Source: Elainellaceae cyanobacterium
GTDB taxonomy: Bacteria; Cyanobacteriota; Cyanobacteriia; CAZCXK01
Length of the DNA: 16,016 bases
Reading direction: 5' to 3'
Assembly: GCA_051117555.1 (NCBI GenBank)
Contig: JBNPEG010000076.1
Coordinates: forward strand, 1-16,016
The notes under the pieces are model-generated. The model did not search any database, was not told where the DNA came from, and saw nothing but the letters and a program-made list of their open reading frames with translations. Both the position numbers and the translations under genes were made by a program. Positions 7,965-14,472 of the stretch are shown here, in pieces; the first letter of the stretch is position 1; the number at the start of each line of letters is the position of its first letter.

Positions 7965-9979
7965 CCGCGATCGACCAGATTCTCCGTAAAGCTATTAATC
8001 CATTCGATCCGGCGACGTTTAAGCCCGGTAATTTTTGGCATGAGGAGCAAGATCCTACCCTGGATGTGGAATCAATTCATCGAGAGGCGATCGCAGAGAT
8101 CGAGGCGATATTAGATCAGGTCAACCGCGATCATCTGACGCGCACCTTGATGCTGTATGGCGATTCGGGATCTGGTAAATCGCATCTGCTGGGGCGATTG
8201 AAACGAGTGCTGAATCCGAGGGCATTCTTTGTCTACGTGGATCCGTTTCCGGAAAGCGATGCGATTTGGCGACACGTGCTTCGCTATACCGTTGACAGCT
8301 TGGTGCAAACCCCCGCGGGTCAACACGAATCTCAGTTGCTGCAATGGTTGAAAAGTTTATCCGCCTTTCAGAAGAGCAACCAAGCCCGCTGGGATGAGTC
8401 AGAACGTCAGCGCTTCATCGACCGGCTCAAGCAGCATTATCCGGCTGGCATTTTTAACGCTACTGAGTTCTTTGGTGTGCTGTATGACCTGCTCGATCGC
8501 GATCGCTATTTTCTCGCGTGTGAATGGCTGCGAGGCGATGATTTGGATGAAGATGGGTTAGAGAGATTAGGCGTTCAGCAGGCAATTGATTCAGAAGATG
8601 CCGCCCAAAAAATTCTCGCCAATTTTGGGCGCATCGCAGTTGAAACTCAGCCCATCGTGCTGTGTTTTGATCAGCTTGATAATATTGCCCGGACGGCAGA
8701 TGGCGCGATCGATTTGCAGTCAATCTTTACGGTCAACTCCAGCATTCACAATCAGGGGCTTAAAAACTTTTTGGTGATTATTAGCATCATCACCAACACC
8801 TGGAAACACCATGCCGATCGCGTGCAGTCGGCAGACAAGGCACGGATTGATGTCACCGTGCCTCTCAGGCCAATTTTGCTTGACCAAGCAGAAAGTCTCT
8901 GGAAAACTCGCCTCGCTCCTCTGCATCGGCAGGCTAGCCCGAACCCTGATTCGCCGATTTATCCGCTGACTTCGCAGATTCTTGAGCAAAAATTTCCGGG
9001 AGGGAAAACACATCCTCGAAATGTGTTGGAACTCGGACGACGACTGCTCCAGAGCTACAAAACTGGATCAACAAAAGCAGGTGTCACGGCGGCTGAACAG
9101 CAGGACGATGCGATCGCCTCGTTTAAGCTGGCGTGGCTAAACGAATTGAATCGGGTGCAGGAGCGCATTACCCGACTGCGGCAGTTCTCTTCGCCTGAGC
9201 TGATTCAAATGCTCAAAGAAGTCTTTACGGCATTGCAGGTCGGAGAGTTATATCCGAGATTTTTGCCCAGCCCTACCTATGCGAGTCATTCCTTTAGCTA
9301 TGAACCGTATCGAAAGCGAACACGCATCGGCATTGCTTGGAATGATGACCCCAACATGACAACCTTTTATCACGTCATGAATGCCTGTCGGCGGGCGATC
9401 GATGTGGGGTTGTGCAGTCAACTGTTGCTGATTCGTTCAGAAGGCACGGGAAAACCGGGACGTAAAGGCTATGAACTCTACAATGACATCTTTACAGGGC
9501 ACCCTCACCACCGAATTTATCCTGATTTAGGCTCTATCCATCAGTTGGCGACCTACCATAGCCTGGTGAATGCTGTTTATTCTGGAGAACTGGTCGTCGC
9601 TGGAGTAGCTGTTGATATCAGATCTCTGGAAGACCTGGCGCGCAAATCGGGGATTTTAAATGCCTGTACCCTATTGCATCAGTTGGGTGTTTTGTCGGGG
9701 CGATCGCCCAAAAAGCAGCCATCATCCCCTTCAAAGGCTATATCTTCAAATTCCGAGCGCCTTCAGCCTGTCAAAGATTTTCTGTTGGACGTGATGAAAA
9801 CTCAACGGCTCATGGGAAGACAGGTGATGGTGCAAACTGTACTAAGCCAGTTTAAACATACCTCTCAAAAGCAGGTAAATCAGCTAATTCAGCAATTATG
9901 TGACGAAGACCAAATGCAGATCCTCGACCCAACTGCCAAGTTAGATGAGCAGCTCATTTGTCTCACACCAGCATCTTAA
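7961..9979 (+). CDS. AAA+/P-loop ATPase (RcaG-like) with extended C-terminal domains
   Basis: Walker A GDSGSGKS, Walker B IVLCFDQLD, putative arginine finger (DKARI) and sensor-II (HPRNVL). It overlaps the upstream gene by ATGA (7961-7964). Confidence 0.85.
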   Translation: MTAIDQILRKAINPFDPATFKPGNFWHEEQDPTLDVESIHREAIAEIEAILDQVNRDHLTRTLMLYGDSGSGKSHLLGRLKRVLNPRAFFVYVDPFPESDAIWRHVLRYTVDSLVQTPAGQHESQLLQWLKSLSAFQKSNQARWDESERQRFIDRLKQHYPAGIFNATEFFGVLYDLLDRDRYFLACEWLRGDDLDEDGLERLGVQQAIDSEDAAQKILANFGRIAVETQPIVLCFDQLDNIARTADGAIDLQSIFTVNSSIHNQGLKNFLVIISIITNTWKHHADRVQSADKARIDVTVPLRPILLDQAESLWKTRLAPLHRQASPNPDSPIYPLTSQILEQKFPGGKTHPRNVLELGRRLLQSYKTGSTKAGVTAAEQQDDAIASFKLAWLNELNRVQERITRLRQFSSPELIQMLKEVFTALQVGELYPRFLPSPTYASHSFSYEPYRKRTRIGIAWNDDPNMTTFYHVMNACRRAIDVGLCSQLLLIRSEGTGKPGRKGYELYNDIFTGHPHHRIYPDLGSIHQLATYHSLVNAVYSGELVVAGVAVDIRSLEDLARKSGILNACTLLHQLGVLSGRSPKKQPSSPSKAISSNSERLQPVKDFLLDVMKTQRLMGRQVMVQTVLSQFKHTSQKQVNQLIQQLCDEDQMQILDPTAKLDEQLICLTPAS

Positions 9980-10070
9980 ACCCAGCCTATTGGTGAGGGT
10001 TTCTCTACTCGTCAGTGAGCCTAATCGGATAGGATTAAACCACAGTTCTTTATTAATGCTTGAGGGTCTG

Positions 10071-10200
10071 TAGCAAAAGGCAAAAGGCAGAAGGCAAAAG
10101 GCAGAAGGCAAAAGGCAGAAGGCAAAAGGCAGAAAATCAACATCTGCTGCCGGGCTGTTTCAACCATTTGGTTTGTCCTAATGCATCCGTCACTTGCTAT
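10071..10200. repeat. Dispersed MITE-like element containing a heptamer tandem array (STRR-like)
   Basis: Nine heptamers GCA(A/G)AAG at 10073-10135 (the last ends in A). The element begins TAGCAA and ends TGTCCTAATGCATCCGTCAC-TTGCTAT, giving 6-bp inverted termini TAGCAA/TTGCTA. Confidence 0.75.
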
Positions 10201-10229
10201 GACCTGGCAGATTGCTTAGTTGGGTTAAC

Positions 10230-10271
10230 AATACGCATCAAAGAATACGCATAAAAGAATACGCATAAAAG
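10230..10271 (+). repeat. 3 x 14-bp tandem repeat upstream of thiE
   Basis: AATACGCATCAAAG, AATACGCATAAAAG, AATACGCATAAAAG. Confidence 0.9.
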
Positions 10272-10296
10272 AACAAAAAATTGACGTGCTGCACTC

Positions 10297-11385
10297 ATGG
10301 ACACTATGTATCGCCAGTCTGGGTTTTCGGAATCTGCGGTCTATCGCATTTTAGATGCCAATCTCGATCGTGCTCGTGAAGGGTTGAGGATTATCGAAGA
10401 CTGGTGTCGATTTGGGCTCAATAGTTCTGCGCTGACAGAGGAATGTAAACACCTGCGGCAGACCTTAGCCCAGTGGCATACTGCCGAACTGCGTGCAGCC
10501 AGAGATACGCCGGGTGACTTGGGTACTGCGTTGAGCCATCCGAATGAAGAACAGCGTACGAGTCTGTCACAGGTTCTCCGAGTCAACTTTGCTCGGCTAG
10601 AAGAATCGCTGCGCGTGCTGGAAGAATACGGGAAACTGTTTAGTCCTGAGATGGGTGCTGAGTTTAAGCAGATGCGCTATCGGGTGTATACCCTAGAGAG
10701 CAAGCTAATGGGGTATAAGCGACAGCAAAAACTGCTGCGATCGCACTTATATCTCATCACCAACCCTTCTGAGAACCTATTTTTTACGGTGGATGCAGCG
10801 CTTAAGGGTGGCCTAAAGCTGGTGCAATATCGCGATAAAACCGCCGATGATATCACCCGTATTCGCACAGCGAAAGCGCTGAAAGAAGTCTGTCACCAAT
10901 ATGATGCGCTATTCATCATGAACGATCGGATTGACCTCGCCCTAGCCGTCGATGCAGATGGCGTGCATCTCGGTCAGCAAGATGTGCCCGTTGCGCTAGC
11001 ACGCCAGCTTCTAGGCCCCCAGCGTATCATCGGGCGATCGACGACCAACCCTGATGAGCTAAACCGCGCCCTTTCTGAAGGCGTAGACTACATCGGCGTT
11101 GGTCCGGTGTATGAAACACCCACTAAGGCGGGTAAAGCCGCCGCTGGCCACGACTATGTGCGCTATGCTGCCGAGCATTCCCCCGTTCCTTGGTATGCCA
11201 TTGGCGGCATCAACCCAGATAATATTAATGATGTCATCGCCGCCGGAGCTGAGCGGGTGTCGGTCGTCCGCGCTATCATGCAAGCGGAAAACCCGACGCT
11301 TGTTACCCAATTTTTTATCTCTCAGCTCGTTCAGGCACAGACCTTACGGGAGTATGACACTCGCACTCAGCAGTCTCATGTCTAG
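10297..11385 (+). CDS. thiE: Thiamine-phosphate synthase, cyanobacterial form with N-terminal ThiD2-like domain
   Basis: N-terminal RILDANLDRAREGLR..ED..RF, followed by TMP-TENI motifs LYLIT, VQYRDK, NDRIDLA…ADGVHLGQQD, GRST, DYIGVGPVYETPTK and AIGGI. Confidence 0.96.
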   Translation: MDTMYRQSGFSESAVYRILDANLDRAREGLRIIEDWCRFGLNSSALTEECKHLRQTLAQWHTAELRAARDTPGDLGTALSHPNEEQRTSLSQVLRVNFARLEESLRVLEEYGKLFSPEMGAEFKQMRYRVYTLESKLMGYKRQQKLLRSHLYLITNPSENLFFTVDAALKGGLKLVQYRDKTADDITRIRTAKALKEVCHQYDALFIMNDRIDLALAVDADGVHLGQQDVPVALARQLLGPQRIIGRSTTNPDELNRALSEGVDYIGVGPVYETPTKAGKAAAGHDYVRYAAEHSPVPWYAIGGINPDNINDVIAAGAERVSVVRAIMQAENPTLVTQFFISQLVQAQTLREYDTRTQQSHV

Positions 11386-11617
11386 CAGTTCACTCACTCA
11401 TCCAATCACGGTGGAGGTCAACGGAGAATCGCGTCAGTGTTCTCCTCAAACCCGCCTCCCTGACTTCTTAGAGCAGCTAGGAATGAATCCTAAACTGGTC
11501 GCTGTTGAATATAACGGTGACATCCTGCATCGGCAGTTTTGGGCTGATACCGTCATGCAGGATGGCGATCGCCTAGAAATTGTCACCATCGTCGGGGGCG
11601 GTTGTCCGATTGGCTGA
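11378..11617 (+). CDS. thiS: Sulfur carrier protein ThiS (with CPIG extension after GGG)
   Basis: ITVEVNGE…LVAVEYNGDIL…W…GDRLEIVTIVGGG. It overlaps the thiE stop. An alternative in-frame ATG at 11354 has GGGAG upstream. Confidence 0.93.
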   Translation: MSSSSLTHPITVEVNGESRQCSPQTRLPDFLEQLGMNPKLVAVEYNGDILHRQFWADTVMQDGDRLEIVTIVGGGCPIG

Positions 11618-11665
11618 CCGTTGGGGCTGACCGATGGGGCTCACCATTGGGGCTCACTGATGGGG
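11602..11665 (+). repeat. 13-bp tandem repeat spanning the thiS stop
   Basis: CTGACCGTTGGGG (11614), CTGACCGATGGGG (11627), CTCACCATTGGGG (11640), CTCACTGATGGGG (11653), plus a degenerate first unit TTGTCCGATTGG (11602). A HIP1 site follows at 11667. Confidence 0.85.
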
Positions 11666-11930
11666 GGCGATCGCCAACTACCCCAAGCGGGTACGGGTAT
11701 CCTCATCAAATCCGGTCTAAGCTCGCGCTCGGCATTACTCAGAAGACGATACATTAGAAATGTAACGTTTGATAAACCTTACTCCGCCCATCCGCTAAAA
11801 TTTAGCTCAACACCAGCATTATGGGCAGCATCACTCGCACATCGCATCATTGGTATTTGGCATCATTCGTGTATCGATGCATCTGTGCCTGATTTTTGTT
11901 GGGCAGCTTTGACAAGTCTGGATTGAACCC

Positions 11931-12869
11931 ATGCGTAACAAACTCGTTTCTTTAATCAAATCGACCCTAAAACCCCTCATCCTCTTTGCATTGGTCTTCA
12001 CCCTTGTGTTTAGCCAAGCAAATTCTGCCCTGGCAGCCAGAGGTGGCGGTCGCATTGGCGGGGGGGGCTTTGGCGCACCTCGGACGTTCGTGCGCCCAGG
12101 GCCGTCGACTCGTGCGCCCGGAGGCGGCTTCTATCCCGGAGGTGGGATTGGATTTCCGTTCTTGCTTCCATTCTTTGGCTTCGGAGGCGTTGGGGGGCTG
12201 TTTTCGATTCTGATTTTCTTTGCGATCGCCAATTTCTTAGTGCGAAGCTTCAGCAACGCTCAGCAGGGTGGCTATGGCTATAGCACAGCTAGCCCAGAGG
12301 TTTCGGTGGCTCGCTTACAAGTTGGGCTGTTAGCCGATGCGCGCAACTTACAGGCTGACCTCAATCGCATTGCTGAATCTGCGGATACTGGCTCAAATGA
12401 AGGCTTGACGCAAGTATTGCAAGAAGCAACCTTGTCGTTGCTGCGGCATCCCGAATATTGGGTGTATGCGTCATCTGATTCTCGCCAAGCACGGTTAGAG
12501 TCGGCGGAGACTGAGTTTAACCGATTGACGCTAATCGAACGCAGCAAATTTAGCGAAGAGTCGATTACCAATGTCAATAACCAGCTTCGACGGGCAAACG
12601 ACCCAGCACGTTTGACTAGTTCAGACTCAGCATTGGCTGAAGCTCCGGGTGAATACATCATTGCGACGTTGCTAGTTGCAACCCAAGGCAAGCTAAAGCT
12701 TCCGGCCGTTAGCAGCCAACAAGATTTGCGTCGTGCTTTGAGTCAAATTGGGTCGATTTCTAGCGAAGACCTGCTTGCGATCGAAGTCTTATGGACGCCT
12801 CAAACCGAAGGTGAAACACTGTCATCGGATGAAGTCGTCGCTGAGTATCCTACTTTGACGCGGCTCTAG
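11931..12869 (+). CDS. DUF1517 domain protein (FLAP1-like membrane protein)
   Basis: Signal peptide ALA-ARGGGRIGGG, Gly-rich segment, TM helix, then LQVGLLA…LQEATLSLLRHPEYW…ERSKFSEE…EVLWTPQ…YPTL. Confidence 0.92.
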   Translation: MRNKLVSLIKSTLKPLILFALVFTLVFSQANSALAARGGGRIGGGGFGAPRTFVRPGPSTRAPGGGFYPGGGIGFPFLLPFFGFGGVGGLFSILIFFAIANFLVRSFSNAQQGGYGYSTASPEVSVARLQVGLLADARNLQADLNRIAESADTGSNEGLTQVLQEATLSLLRHPEYWVYASSDSRQARLESAETEFNRLTLIERSKFSEESITNVNNQLRRANDPARLTSSDSALAEAPGEYIIATLLVATQGKLKLPAVSSQQDLRRALSQIGSISSEDLLAIEVLWTPQTEGETLSSDEVVAEYPTLTRL

Positions 12870-12986
12870 TCCGATACTTACACATCTAAATTTCGATATA
12901 GCCTTCGCGTTAAGACGTTGAATCTGTGGTGAGCCCTCGCGGCGCGGGGATCACCACACAAACCTAAGCCCGTAGGGCTATAACAC

Positions 12987-13014
12987 AAAGCTGGGATACC
13001 ATCCCGGCTTTTTT
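12987..13014 (+). terminator. Rho-independent terminator
   Basis: AAAGCTGGGAT-ACC-ATCCCGGCTTT hairpin, with a T6 tract at 13009-13014. Confidence 0.8.
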
Positions 13015-13034
13015 GTTGAGCGGGTCTGATCGAA

Positions 13035-14387
13035 TTATCGATCGCACCGGTACCATCGTGCAATGCGGTCAATCGGCATCCCTAGCAAATATGCCACGAT
13101 GATTAGTTGATTAATGACGGTCGTTTTGAGAACGCCTAACTTATCCCACCGACGACCTGATGTGATTACGGCTGACGGAGCGATCGCAATGGTTCCGAGA
13201 GGGCGCAATCGACGAATCAGCTCAAAGTCTTCCATAATGGGCAAGTCAGGGAAGCCACCTACTCGCTGAAACGTTGATGACTCCAAAAAAATTGCCTGGT
13301 CGCCATAGGGAAGCTGGCAAAGGCGCGATCGCCATTTGACGCCCCACTCAATCAGGTTCAGTCCAGGCGCCGTGCCATCGATACGAAGCTGGAATGCACC
13401 CGCGATAACCCTCGTTTTTGCTAGCGTCTGGCGAATTTCAGTTGCAAAGCCATCTGGCAAGCGAGTGTCCGCGTGCAGAAATAGCAGCATGTCTCCCTGA
13501 GCAGCTTGGGCTCCTGCATTCATTTGCGAGGCACGCCCAGCCAGTGCAGAAATGACAATCGCTCCGGCAGCCTGGGCTACTTCAATCGTGCGATCGCGAC
13601 TGCCCCCATCCACGACGATTACTTCGATATTGGGTTCTGCCAACGCTCCAGCAACACTGTGACCAATCGTGTGTTCTTCATTGAGCACCGGCATAATCAC
13701 CGATACTGTCTTCTGAGCCGAATGCTGGGATGAATGCTGGGATAAATGTTGGCGAGTGTTCGACCCTCGTCGACTCGAAATAGTGTCCCAAACCCACACA
13801 TCCTCAGGGCGATCAACATCAGTCAAGCGATCTAAGAGGGCGATCGCCCTGCCCTGCTGACGAGCAATATCCATCGACTGTTGAAACACCGCATCCGTAC
13901 TCCACGGAATGTCGCGGAACAGTGCAGGAATCAAACAGCACAACCCAATCAAATAGTAGCCTCCGTCAGTTGCTGGACCTAGCACAACATCGTGCGATCG
14001 CAGCGCATCAAAAGCTCTCATTAAAGTATCAGCATTAACCCACGGGCAATCAATGCCGATCATCACCACGCGAGTCATGCCTGCGTCGAATGCAGACCGA
14101 AATGCCGCCTCCATGCGACATCCCAAGTCACCGTCGCCTTGGGGATGATAGCTCCACCCGTCGCCCAGCCAATCCGCCATGAGGTGCTGATTTCCTCCTG
14201 AAAATCGCACCTCAACCCCGACTGAACACTGACGAAGCACCGATTGAATCTGCTGCATCGTATGTTCGGTCATCTGACGCTGAAGATCGGCAGCGCCTTC
14301 GGCGCCGAGCGCTGGAATCAAACGAGTTTTCGTCTTTCCCGGTTCGGGGTATCGAGTAAAGACGATCAGGCGTGCAGTAGGTGGCAA
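13035..14387 (-). CDS. Fused DUF2064/TIGR04282 transferase + GT2 TIGR04283 glycosyltransferase (arsenosugar-biosynthesis-associated families)
   Basis: N-half: LIVFTRYPEPGKTKTRL, QGDGDLG.RM, IGIDCP, VLGPATDGGYYLIG, LTDVDRPED. C-half: SVIMPVLNEE, VVDGGSRD, GRASQMNAGA, LLFLHADT, PYGDQAIF, IMEDFEL, TSGRRW. TTG start. Confidence 0.92.
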   Translation of the reverse strand: MPPTARLIVFTRYPEPGKTKTRLIPALGAEGAADLQRQMTEHTMQQIQSVLRQCSVGVEVRFSGGNQHLMADWLGDGWSYHPQGDGDLGCRMEAAFRSAFDAGMTRVVMIGIDCPWVNADTLMRAFDALRSHDVVLGPATDGGYYLIGLCCLIPALFRDIPWSTDAVFQQSMDIARQQGRAIALLDRLTDVDRPEDVWVWDTISSRRGSNTRQHLSQHSSQHSAQKTVSVIMPVLNEEHTIGHSVAGALAEPNIEVIVVDGGSRDRTIEVAQAAGAIVISALAGRASQMNAGAQAAQGDMLLFLHADTRLPDGFATEIRQTLAKTRVIAGAFQLRIDGTAPGLNLIEWGVKWRSRLCQLPYGDQAIFLESSTFQRVGGFPDLPIMEDFELIRRLRPLGTIAIAPSAVITSGRRWDKLGVLKTTVINQLIIVAYLLGMPIDRIARWYRCDR

Positions 14388-14403
14388 TGGCTCATACTTA
14401 TGC

Positions 14404-14438
14404 GATGCGTCTAGAAAATCATAGAGCGAAGACGCATC
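14404..14438. other. 9-bp perfect inverted repeat between the CHAT and glycosyltransferase genes
   Basis: GATGCGTCT-N17-AGACGCATC. Confidence 0.5.
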
Positions 14439-14472
14439 ATTCGGCTTAGGGAATGCTGAGAAGATGGCTGTC

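Noticed and set aside
10060..10254. 64-aa ORF (RQKAEGKRQKAK…)
   Set aside because: It is simply the translation of the heptamer array, with a TTG start and no RBS.
10073..10271. CRISPR array (also considered for 11614-11665 and 15692-15922)
   Set aside because: The units are 7-15 bp and directly adjacent, with no unique spacers, and there are no cas genes.
9980..10296. TPP riboswitch upstream of thiE-thiS
   Set aside because: I could not find the conserved CTGAGA and CCTGA…TAATGC…GGGA elements in the right arrangement. Repeats occupy much of the region.
11099..11377. 172-aa extended ThiS ORF
   Set aside because: The N-terminal part overlaps thiE out of frame. ThiS homology begins only near 11378-11400.
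11621..11926. 101-aa ORF between thiS and DUF1517
   Set aside because: It begins in the 13-bp repeat with a TTG start and has no recognisable motif. It is probably promoter or UTR sequence.
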